Shown here: positions 49,611 through 58,029 of the stretch, piece after piece | How positions within the stretch are numbered: the stretch's first letter is position 1 | Layout: each line of letters begins with the position of its first letter | Origin: Candidatus Latescibacterota bacterium | Lineage (GTDB): Bacteria; Latescibacterota; UBA2968; SICM01 | DNA length: 64,000 nt | Reading direction: 5' to 3' | Assembly: GCA_965217865.1 (NCBI GenBank) | Contig: CBDCJO010000002.1 | Location: forward strand, 2,880,001 to 2,944,000 | Translations under genes and position numbers: made by a program | The notes under the pieces: model-generated | What the model was told of the DNA's origin: nothing | What the model saw: only the letters and a program-made list of their open reading frames with translations | Databases searched by the model: none

Positions 49611-50389
49611 TCGACGTCGCTATAAAGGCTGCCCGGGCGGGTGCAGAGGCCCTGCGAACCTTTCACGAGAAACTGAGAAAGGATCAGGTTGCGTTGAAGG
49701 GCCCCAACGACTTCGTCACCGAGGCCGACCGCGAATCGGAGCGGCGGGTGATACAGGTCCTCCGAAGCGCCTATCCGGACCACGCCATTCTGTCCGAAGA
49801 GGGAGGCGCCGACGAAAAGGGGGCCTATCAATGGATCATCGACCCGCTGGACGGGACGACGAACTTTGTCTACGGCATTCCCTTTTTTTCTGTCTCCGTC
49901 GGGTTGTTCGTGGACGATCGACCTGTCTTGGGCGTCGTCTACGACCCTCTCAGGGAGGAACTCTTCGCAGCCGAACAAGGAAAGGGCGCGACCCTGAACG
50001 GGAAATCCATCCGGGTATCCGGGTGCATCCGCATCGAGGACGCACTCCTCTCGACAGGCTTTCCGTTCAAGCAGATCCAGTCAGCGGACGCATACCTCTC
50101 CAGTTTTTCCGCTCTTCTCCGTCGTTCAAGAGGCATTCGTCGGTGCGGGTCCGCGGCCCTCGACCTCTGTTACGTGGCCGCCGGCCGTGCGGACGGATTC
50201 TGGGAATGGGGGCTCTCTCCCTGGGACACCTCGGCCGGGGCAGTCATCGTGCCCGAAGCCGGGGGATCAATCACCGATTTTCAAGGAGAAGGTTCCTATA
50301 TGCGGGGTGACGTCGTGGCCACAAACGGGCCAATCCATAAAGAGATGGTCGGGATCGTCGGAGAGGCCTTCAGGAACCTCCTCCCCTGA
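49607..50389 (+). CDS. suhB: inositol monophosphatase family protein
   Basis: DFVTEAD, SEE, WIIDPLDGTTNF, RRCGSAALDL, WD. Confidence 0.92.
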   Translation: MIDVAIKAARAGAEALRTFHEKLRKDQVALKGPNDFVTEADRESERRVIQVLRSAYPDHAILSEEGGADEKGAYQWIIDPLDGTTNFVYGIPFFSVSVGLFVDDRPVLGVVYDPLREELFAAEQGKGATLNGKSIRVSGCIRIEDALLSTGFPFKQIQSADAYLSSFSALLRRSRGIRRCGSAALDLCYVAAGRADGFWEWGLSPWDTSAGAVIVPEAGGSITDFQGEGSYMRGDVVATNGPIHKEMVGIVGEAFRNLLP

Positions 50390-50454
50390 ATTCAGGTGCC
50401 GAGGCTTGGACGCCTTCCACCCAACACCACTTCTGTTCGTGAAGGAATTCAACT

Positions 50455-51429
50455 ATGGGTTCAAACGATCGATTTCGAGCCGCTCGGGACCGCGGCTGCG
50501 CCTGCTTGTTGAGGAAACTTCGCTCAGACGGAAGCTTCGGTGACGAGAATAAGGGGATTGCGGACTATTACAAGGTGCCATCCGCCCTTCAGGTATGCGG
50601 GCAAACCCACGCAGCGAACCACATGTGCAACTGGGTTCGGAAGAACGGAATGACCCCGGAAGGGGATTTCGGTCCCCGACCCCCCGAAGCGCACGGATAC
50701 TTTTATACCTACTATAACAGCTGGGTTGTTCTGGGTGCTCACCGTCTCGGACAGTACGATCTCTCTCAAAGGGGAATGGACTTTCTGATGGGGTTTCACG
50801 ACCCTGAGAGCGGTGGGTTCTACTCCAGTCCAACAGAGCGATCCCCTGAGACCCTTCAGGACCTGTGGGTGGTGAGCGGGTGCGGCCAGGCAGCCGTTGC
50901 GACGGGCAGGATCGATGTTGGAAGAGGCGTGGGAAGATGGATGAAAGAAGTGTTCAGGCAACAGCCCAATTATCCGGAACAACTCTACAGTGTGTTCAGC
51001 CGTGCAAAGGGGCTTCACACCGACCCGGATGACGATATCCGCTATGTGAGCACCTACAACGCGACGCGTGATCAGTATTTTTTCCACCCGGGAATCGCGG
51101 GTGGATTCCTGTGCAGGCTCTACCAGGCGACAGGCGAAACCGAATGGTTGGATCTCGCGGTGGAATACATGCGATTTGCGGAAGGCGCCGGCGACTACCT
51201 GTTCCGCCTCTACCGGTCGGGTAAAGTCGGCTGGGCGGCCGCCGTCCTCTTTACCCTAACGGGCGAGGAGAAATATCGAGCGATGGCGATTCGTGTGGGC
51301 GATATGCTGGCCGAGACACAGAACCAGGATGGATCGTGGACGATGTCCGGAATGGCGAGCAACGATATCACTGCGGAGTTGACCTTCTGGCTCGACGAGA
51401 TCTATCAGGCGGTCGGGGAGGGTGGCTGA
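50455..51429 (+). CDS. hypothetical protein, likely alpha/alpha-toroid fold
   Basis: Repeated helix-DG/GGF turns (DGSFG, SGGFY, QDGSW) and LYQATGE..WL / LTGEEKY repeats. Confidence 0.6.
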   Translation: MGSNDRFRAARDRGCACLLRKLRSDGSFGDENKGIADYYKVPSALQVCGQTHAANHMCNWVRKNGMTPEGDFGPRPPEAHGYFYTYYNSWVVLGAHRLGQYDLSQRGMDFLMGFHDPESGGFYSSPTERSPETLQDLWVVSGCGQAAVATGRIDVGRGVGRWMKEVFRQQPNYPEQLYSVFSRAKGLHTDPDDDIRYVSTYNATRDQYFFHPGIAGGFLCRLYQATGETEWLDLAVEYMRFAEGAGDYLFRLYRSGKVGWAAAVLFTLTGEEKYRAMAIRVGDMLAETQNQDGSWTMSGMASNDITAELTFWLDEIYQAVGEGG

Positions 51430-51469
51430 ACTGGTATCGCTCCCCTACCACTTTTGCACTTTTCACTTT

Positions 51470-52597
51470 TCATTTTTCATTTCCACGGTTTCGCCACCAG
51501 CGAAGCTCGTTGCTGCCTCGTTCTGCGGAAGCGATGATATCCAGCCGACCGTCCCCGTCGAGGTCGGACACCAGGACTGCGTTCGCGTTGATCCAGTTCT
51601 CTTTCAGCATCTGCATGTTCCATGGCCCCCGGGGATCCCCCTCATGCTTGAACAAGGCGATGCAGTCTCCCCCTCTCCAGCCTGTGGCGACAACCTCTAC
51701 ATCACCGTCGCCATCGAGGTCTGCAGCCAAAGCCTCGAAGGCGCTCGGAAAGGAATCGCAGATCACATGCCTTTTCCACGAGGACTCTTCAGGATGCCCG
51801 TCGTTTTCATACCAGACAAGAGATCCCGAGGGGAAGGGATCCTTTGACATCCCGAGCGCCATGACAACGTCCACATCCCCATCGCCGTCCATATCGACGG
51901 GATACCCGTGAGCTGGCATCGGTGAAGTGTCGATGATATGCTTCTTCCAGGGAAGACGGGTCGGATCCCCCGGATTTTCGTACCATACCACCTGGTTCGC
52001 CCCGCGGGCTGTACCCACAATGTCAACTTTACCGTCCCCGTTCACGTCCGCCGCACGAACAGTCCGAGTCTCCGCAATATTTTCTTCGATTGTGTGCCCG
52101 ATCCACTCCCCGGCGCGGTTTTCGAACCACACGAACCGGTTGCCCTTTCGCCAGCTGGACGCGGCGACATCCAGATCGCCGTCTCCGTCGAAATCGGCCA
52201 CCGTCACGTCGTAGGCCCCCGGCAATCCCCCCTCTGACACGTAATGATGATCCCAGGATCGAATCTCCCGGGGATCACCGCTGTATTCGAGCCACAACAA
52301 ACTTCCGTTCAGGTTATCCACAATGACGATTTCAGGACGCCCATCTCCGTTGATATCGGCGATGACGTGGCGCTCCAGCCATTCCCCACTTCCTTCTCGA
52401 ATGACGTGTTGGACAAAATTTCCCCCTCCGTCGTTCTCAAACCAGTATAGCCCCACGTTCGTGTCCGCAGCCACAAGGTCGACGTGACCGTCACCGTCGA
52501 TATCCGCGGCGGATATCCCATAGGCGTAAGTAAAATCCGCCTTGATAAGATGATCCTCAAAGCGGATATATTCAACCGTGCTCTGTTTCTTTTCCAA
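51470..52597 (-). CDS. FG-GAP/VCBS repeat beta-propeller protein
   Basis: Seven (A)D.DGDG..D repeats with W(F/Y)EN motifs. Confidence 0.88.
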   Translation of the reverse strand: MEKKQSTVEYIRFEDHLIKADFTYAYGISAADIDGDGHVDLVAADTNVGLYWFENDGGGNFVQHVIREGSGEWLERHVIADINGDGRPEIVIVDNLNGSLLWLEYSGDPREIRSWDHHYVSEGGLPGAYDVTVADFDGDGDLDVAASSWRKGNRFVWFENRAGEWIGHTIEENIAETRTVRAADVNGDGKVDIVGTARGANQVVWYENPGDPTRLPWKKHIIDTSPMPAHGYPVDMDGDGDVDVVMALGMSKDPFPSGSLVWYENDGHPEESSWKRHVICDSFPSAFEALAADLDGDGDVEVVATGWRGGDCIALFKHEGDPRGPWNMQMLKENWINANAVLVSDLDGDGRLDIIASAERGSNELRWWRNRGNEK

Positions 52598-52625
52598 TCC
52601 CGGAGGTCCCCCCTTGGCGCAACCC

Positions 52626-54011
52626 TTACGCCATCTTCAGAAGCCTTTTCCCCTTGCGGATCTGTGCCCGTACTGAACGACGTGAGGTCCCGCCTGGAAC
52701 ATCCCTCAAAGCGATGCTGCTTTCCGGGGTAAGGATCTTATACACATCCCGCTGGAACCGACTCGACTGCTTCCGAAAATCCTCGATCGGAAGGTCACGA
52801 AGATCGATTCCTCTGTCAACCGCCTCCCGGACCAGTTCCCCCACGACGCGATGGCCCTCCCGGAAGCTCAACCCTTTTTTCACTAAATAATCCGACAGGT
52901 CCGTGGAAAGCATCTGGTCCTGGATGGCAGCGTGCATCCGATCTTGCCGGAGTTGAAGTGTTTCCCAAACCCCTGTGAATACCGACAGAGCCATCTCCAT
53001 CGTCTCTGCCGAGTCGAAAAGCGGTTCCTTGTCCTCCTGCATATCCTTCGCGTAGGACATCGGAAGACCCTTCATCACGGTCAGGAGCGCGATCATGTTG
53101 CCGTAGACACGTCCTGTCTTTCCACGGATCAGTTCCACGGAATCTGGGTTTTTTTTCTGTGGCATCAAACTGGATCCGGTCGAAAACGCTTCGTCTAACG
53201 CTACGAAACCGAATTCCGAAGAGGACCAGATGATGAGATCTTCACAGAATCGGCTGAGGTGGGCCATCGTGATTGCAGCAGCGCTGAGGAATTCGAGGAT
53301 GTAGTCCCGATCGCTGACCGCGTCCAGGCTGTTTTCTGTCAGGGCGGAAAACCCCAGCTCCTTTCGGATGGCCTGTCGGTCGATCGGGAAAGCCGATCCG
53401 GCCAGTGCACCGGAACCCAGAGGCATCCGATCCGCCCGCCGCCGGCAGTCTCTCAGGCGGCCTTTGTCCCGCTCCAGGGAGAAGAAGATGGACATCGCGT
53501 AATGAGAAAAAAGGATGGGCTGCGCCTGCTGAAGATGGGTGTACCCCGGCATCATGGTATCGAAGTGGTCCTCGGCCTTTGTGATCAGGACCGACTGTGC
53601 ACGTTCGATCCGGCCGATAACGCGGTCAATCGTCTCGAGCATGTATAGCCGTTCATCCAACGCCACCTGGTCGTTCCGGCTGCGCCCTGTGTGGAGCTTT
53701 TCCCCCGCAAGCCCGACGATCTCGATCAGACGTTTTTCGACCGCCATGTGAATGTCTTCCAAATCGTCGGTCAAGCTCAGCTTTCCAGAGTCGATCTCCC
53801 CCTCGACCTTTCGAAGGCCCCTGACGATCCTGGTGCATTCTGCCTTGGATAGAACCCCGGCACCGCAAAGCCCGTGGGCCTGTGCGATGCTCCCCCGGAT
53901 ATCCTCCCGATAGAGCTTTCGGTCAAACCCTATGGACGCGTTGAATCGCTCCATCAGCGGATCCAGGCCTTTCTGAATCCGGCCTTGTCTCTTCGACCTT
54001 TTACGGTTCAT
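52626..54011 (-). CDS. argH: argininosuccinate lyase
   Basis: EDIH, HTGRSRNDQV, PGYTHLQ.AQP, GSSLMPQKKNPD, DMQEDKE. Confidence 0.97.
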   Translation of the reverse strand: MNRKRSKRQGRIQKGLDPLMERFNASIGFDRKLYREDIRGSIAQAHGLCGAGVLSKAECTRIVRGLRKVEGEIDSGKLSLTDDLEDIHMAVEKRLIEIVGLAGEKLHTGRSRNDQVALDERLYMLETIDRVIGRIERAQSVLITKAEDHFDTMMPGYTHLQQAQPILFSHYAMSIFFSLERDKGRLRDCRRRADRMPLGSGALAGSAFPIDRQAIRKELGFSALTENSLDAVSDRDYILEFLSAAAITMAHLSRFCEDLIIWSSSEFGFVALDEAFSTGSSLMPQKKNPDSVELIRGKTGRVYGNMIALLTVMKGLPMSYAKDMQEDKEPLFDSAETMEMALSVFTGVWETLQLRQDRMHAAIQDQMLSTDLSDYLVKKGLSFREGHRVVGELVREAVDRGIDLRDLPIEDFRKQSSRFQRDVYKILTPESSIALRDVPGGTSRRSVRAQIRKGKRLLKMA

Positions 54012-54060
54012 AGAATCACAAAATGATGAAGTTAAATGTCTCTGTCAACCTAAAACCTCC

Positions 54061-54089
54061 TTGACACGTGAAGGGGGGACGAATATCAT
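54061..54089 (+). promoter_or_regulatory. sigma70-type promoter
   Basis: TTGACA-N17-TATCAT upstream of the Nudix gene. Confidence 0.65.
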
Positions 54090-54140
54090 ACCGCGTATCC
54101 CGACTTGGATCGACAAACTCTTAAATCCCGAGTTGCCGAA

Positions 54141-54617
54141 ATGAATCTCAGCGTTTTTGTCGCCACCTTCATCTTTAACGGAGATGCGGTTCTACTCTTG
54201 GAGCGAGCAGCCTCGGCGGGTTTTGCGCCCGGAAAGTGGACCGGCGTTGGGGGTAAGGTTGAACGCAGCGAGTTGGACGATCTCGAAGCGGCCGCCCTGA
54301 GAGAAATTTTCGAAGAGACAGGGTTGGGGCGTTCAGACCTGAGCCACATGCGTCTCAAATTCGTGCTGACCCTGCCCGAGTCGGGAGGTATCTCCGTACT
54401 CGTCTTCTTCTCCGCTCGGACCAAAAAGCGGGACGTTGGACCTTGCGACGAGGGAAACTTGCACTGGGTTTTAACAGAAGAACTCAAGTCAATCGATATG
54501 ATCGATAACGCCAGTCGCGTCCTGAATGTCCTGATCCAGGACCGGCAGACGGGAAACGGAACCACCCATTACGGCGTGTCCATGCCCGGAGGAGACACCG
54601 ATTGGGCTTCGCTCTGA
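54141..54617 (+). CDS. Nudix hydrolase
   Basis: GGKVE..AALREIFEETG (Nudix box), EGNLHW. Confidence 0.9.
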   Translation: MNLSVFVATFIFNGDAVLLLERAASAGFAPGKWTGVGGKVERSELDDLEAAALREIFEETGLGRSDLSHMRLKFVLTLPESGGISVLVFFSARTKKRDVGPCDEGNLHWVLTEELKSIDMIDNASRVLNVLIQDRQTGNGTTHYGVSMPGGDTDWASL

Positions 54618-54793
54618 ATTTGCCTCTACATTTCCATTTTCCACAACCCCAAAAACGCCATAGGCTTTTTTTTATCCTCCCACCGAATCGGTTCGATCTT
54701 ACCCCCCTCACTCCTCATTTTTTTCGAACTTCATACCTCTCGATCCCGGGGCTCCCCTTCAATCTTCAATCTTCAATCTTAAAGGTTCAATCC

Positions 54794-55600
54794 TCAATAC
54801 TTCCCCCGCCTCCGCTCTTTCATCGGTAAGATTTCCAGACAACAGGTCCACCAGCCAGTAAGGATTGTGTCGATGAATTCCTGCGGCAGTCCTTCCGCCT
54901 GCATTTCTGAGGCAAGCCTGGGGTGATCATAGTTGAGAGTCACGAACTCTACCGTCAAGTCCTCCCCCCCGGCGGTCATCAAAACGTACCGGATTCCCGT
55001 AAGACCGTCGTTTGCCGGTCGACCGATGACCCCCACGTTGATGAAGTGTTTGTCCCTCTCAAGCTGACGATGCCAGTGAAGGCCCGTATGCGTGGCCAGA
55101 ACTACATCGGTTTGGTTGTCCTTGGACAGTTTTTCCAGAAAGTGCGTTGGTGTGGTCGACTCCCAGAGGAACTCATTGACCCTTCGGGGAGATCCGTGGC
55201 ACATCAGCACCCGGTACCCGCCGAGTTCGATGCGAATAGACTGCGGGAGCCCCTTGAGCCAGAGCTTATTCGGGTCGCTCGTGTTCGTAAACGTATAGTC
55301 ATAGCTGATCTTGGCAAAGGCATTGTCCCGCGGATCCGTATAACCGCATTGACAGTCAGCCAGTCCGTTTCCAACGGAATGATCGTAATTCCCCTGAACG
55401 GTACGCACCCCGCCTTCTTTCAGGATCGGGAAAACCCGATCCGGGTGAGGTCCGAACCCGCCGATATCCCCCAGGCAAAAAAGTCCTTCAGCGCCCCGGA
55501 TTCTGGCATCTTCCAGTACCGCCTGGAGGGCGATATAATTACTGTATACGCCCCCGAATACAGCGATTCGATTGAATCGTTCCAAAGCAGGAAAGCCCAC
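54794..55600 (-). CDS. calcineurin-like metallophosphoesterase
   Basis: GGVYSN, CLGD.GGFGP, QGNYD, CHGSP, THTG, NVG.IGRP. Confidence 0.88.
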   Translation of the reverse strand: MGFPALERFNRIAVFGGVYSNYIALQAVLEDARIRGAEGLFCLGDIGGFGPHPDRVFPILKEGGVRTVQGNYDHSVGNGLADCQCGYTDPRDNAFAKISYDYTFTNTSDPNKLWLKGLPQSIRIELGGYRVLMCHGSPRRVNEFLWESTTPTHFLEKLSKDNQTDVVLATHTGLHWHRQLERDKHFINVGVIGRPANDGLTGIRYVLMTAGGEDLTVEFVTLNYDHPRLASEMQAEGLPQEFIDTILTGWWTCCLEILPMKERRRGKY

Positions 55601-55688
55601 GCTGAGGCCTGGGGGATGTTGGTAAGTCGCGAGACCCGGAGGGAAGATCGTCTGAAAGTCGGGTTCAACTCGGGGACCGGGGCGCTAG

Positions 55689-55925
55689 TTAACGGTTGGG
55701 ACGCGCGAGGCTATTGCGGGCTCGATTCTGGATTCGGGTTTGATGAACGAGGTCGCTTCCGAGAAGCGGCAGGTGGATACGGCCAAGTCGGTCCTAAAGA
55801 ATGTTCCGGACGTGAGAGAGGATCGTGTCGCCAAAGCGAAACGTGACGTTGCCAATGGAACTTTCGACACTCCCAAAGTTCGGGAGCAAACGGCAGGAAA
55901 AATTATCGATCATATAGTCGGATAG
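55689..55925 (+). pseudogene. FlgM-like C-terminal fragment, probably 5'-truncated
   Basis: PDVREDRVAKAKRDVANGTFD..VREQTAGKII. The frame is open back to 55689 with no RBS. Confidence 0.55.
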
Positions 55926-55955
55926 AGACGAATTATCGAGCATAGATTGAATATG

Positions 55956-56216
55956 AAAACGGTGGTCACGGACCACCGTTTTTTTTATAACAGATTTATC
56001 ACCTTTCCGTACATCCCATAATTCCCAATCCCCCTGCTTTTTTTTCAGATCGTTTCCTTCCGCCATAGCGTTTCGCTAAAATCTCCGGCCTCGACAATAA
56101 GACAACTGGGAATACCCTGGTAAAGGGGATCCTGGCATTCCATTGGGCTTGAAAGGTTCCCGGTCTTCCAGGGAAACTATGAAAAAACGGTGGTCATTTT
56201 CGACCACCGTTTTTTT
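55956..56216. repeat. two copies of the palindrome AAAACGGTGGTC-loop-GACCACCGTTTT (55956-55986 and 56182-56216)
   Basis: Identical 12-bp arms with different loops. Both copies are preceded by TATGAAAA and followed by T-runs. Confidence 0.8.
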
Positions 56217-56249
56217 AGAGCCGCAAGTTCCACCGATCCCGTAACCGGA

Positions 56250-57668
56250 TCACGCGTCGTAGTAGAGCGCGAACTCATAGGGGTGCGGCCGGAGCTGCAA
56301 TTCTCCCACTTCGTTTTCCATCTTGTATTCGATCCAGGTTTCGATGACGTCCTCTGTGAAAACGTCTCCGTTGAGGAGGTAGGCATGATCCTCCTTTAAG
56401 GCGGCGAGGGCGTCTTCGAGGGATCCTACTGTGGATGGGATTTTTGCCATTTCTTCGGGCTCGAGGTCGTAAAGGTCCTTGTCGAGCGGATCCCCCGGGT
56501 CGATCTTGTTCTGAATCCCGTCCAAACCGGCCATCAGCATGGCCGAGAAGGCCAAGTATGGATTGCAGGTGGCGTCCGGGCAGCGGAACTCCAACCGCTT
56601 GGACTTGGGATTGGTGGAATAGACGGGGATGCGGACGGCAGCGCTCCGGTTACGCTGAGAGTAGGCCAGGTTGACCGGGGCTTCGAAACCGGGCACGAGC
56701 CGTTTGTAGGAGTTGGTGGTCGGTGCTGCAAAGGCCAAAAGGGACGAGGCGTGCTTGAGAAGGCCGCCGATGTAGTGAAGGGCCATTTCGCTCAATCCGG
56801 CGAAACCGGATCCCGCGAAGAGGGGGGTATCCCCCTTCCAGAGGCTCTGATGGACGTGCATGCCCGTCCCGTTGTCATCGAACAGGGGCTTGGGCATGAA
56901 GGTAGCGGTCTTGCCGTGCTTTTTCGCGACGTTCTTAACGATGTATTTATATAGGATGAGCTGGTCTGCACAGGAGAGGAGGGGGGAGAACCGGAAGTCG
57001 ATTTCACCCTGTCCCCCTGTGGCCACCTCATGATGGTGGGCTTCGACGTTTATGCCGCTCTCGATCATCGTCAGCATCATTTCGCTGCGTATGTTCTGAA
57101 GGGAGTCTGAGGGCGGTACGGGGAAATATCCCTCTTTGTATCTCGGTTTATAACCGAGGTTGGGTTTTTCGTCTTTCCCCGAGTTCCATCGTCCTTCAAC
57201 CGAATCGACGTAGTAGTATCCACAATCGTGGGTCTGATCGAAGCGGATGTCGTCGAAGATGAAGAATTCAGCCTCCGGCCCGAAGAAAGCGGTGTCTGCA
57301 ATTCCGGATGACTTAAGGTAGTTTTCGGCCTTCCGGGCAACGCTCCTGGGGTCGCGGCTATATTGGCTTCTTGTGACGGGATCGCGGATGTCGCAGATCA
57401 TGCTCAATGTCGGCGGATCCATGAACGGATCGATGATGGCGGTATCTGGGTCCGGGACAATGAGCATATCGCTTTCGTTGATGGACTGCCAACCGCGGAT
57501 GCTGGATCCGTCAAACCCAACTCCGTCCTCGAAAACTTCCTCATCGAGAGAGTCGATGGGAACGGAGAAGTGCTGCCAGAGGCCTGGGAAATCCATAAAT
57601 TTGTAGTCGAGGATTTTCAGGCCGTTGTCTTTGGCCATCTTGATCACTTGCTGGGGTGTTTTTCCCAT
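56250..57668 (-). CDS. glnA: glutamine synthetase type I
   Basis: [46 protein letters not shown], adenylylation-type KDLYDL. Start ATG 57668 after AAGGAG. Confidence 0.97.
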   Translation of the reverse strand: MGKTPQQVIKMAKDNGLKILDYKFMDFPGLWQHFSVPIDSLDEEVFEDGVGFDGSSIRGWQSINESDMLIVPDPDTAIIDPFMDPPTLSMICDIRDPVTRSQYSRDPRSVARKAENYLKSSGIADTAFFGPEAEFFIFDDIRFDQTHDCGYYYVDSVEGRWNSGKDEKPNLGYKPRYKEGYFPVPPSDSLQNIRSEMMLTMIESGINVEAHHHEVATGGQGEIDFRFSPLLSCADQLILYKYIVKNVAKKHGKTATFMPKPLFDDNGTGMHVHQSLWKGDTPLFAGSGFAGLSEMALHYIGGLLKHASSLLAFAAPTTNSYKRLVPGFEAPVNLAYSQRNRSAAVRIPVYSTNPKSKRLEFRCPDATCNPYLAFSAMLMAGLDGIQNKIDPGDPLDKDLYDLEPEEMAKIPSTVGSLEDALAALKEDHAYLLNGDVFTEDVIETWIEYKMENEVGELQLRPHPYEFALYYDA

Positions 57669-58029
57669 GTAGGGGCTCCTTTCGGAATGTTGTGGATAAC
57701 TCAGGTCTTCAGAGATGAGTGCCCAATATAAAATGAAAACCGACAAAACACAATTAAGAACTGGAAGCTCCCAATATAAATGCCATATATTTCAAAGTCA
57801 TTTCGCCTGTGTTAACTTTATGTTAAATGTGGTAATAATCCGAGGATATCAGGACGGAATTTAACGTGACATCGATCACTTTTGAAGGGTGCCTGATATC
57901 ACATCGTAAGGGTTGGAAAAGGGGGTATTTTATCCGAAGAATGTTGGAAAAAATAGTTGTGTTCAAACATGGCAATTCGTATATTAGGAACTCTTTGCTT
58001 TATATCTACTTACGAGCATTTTGCCAATC

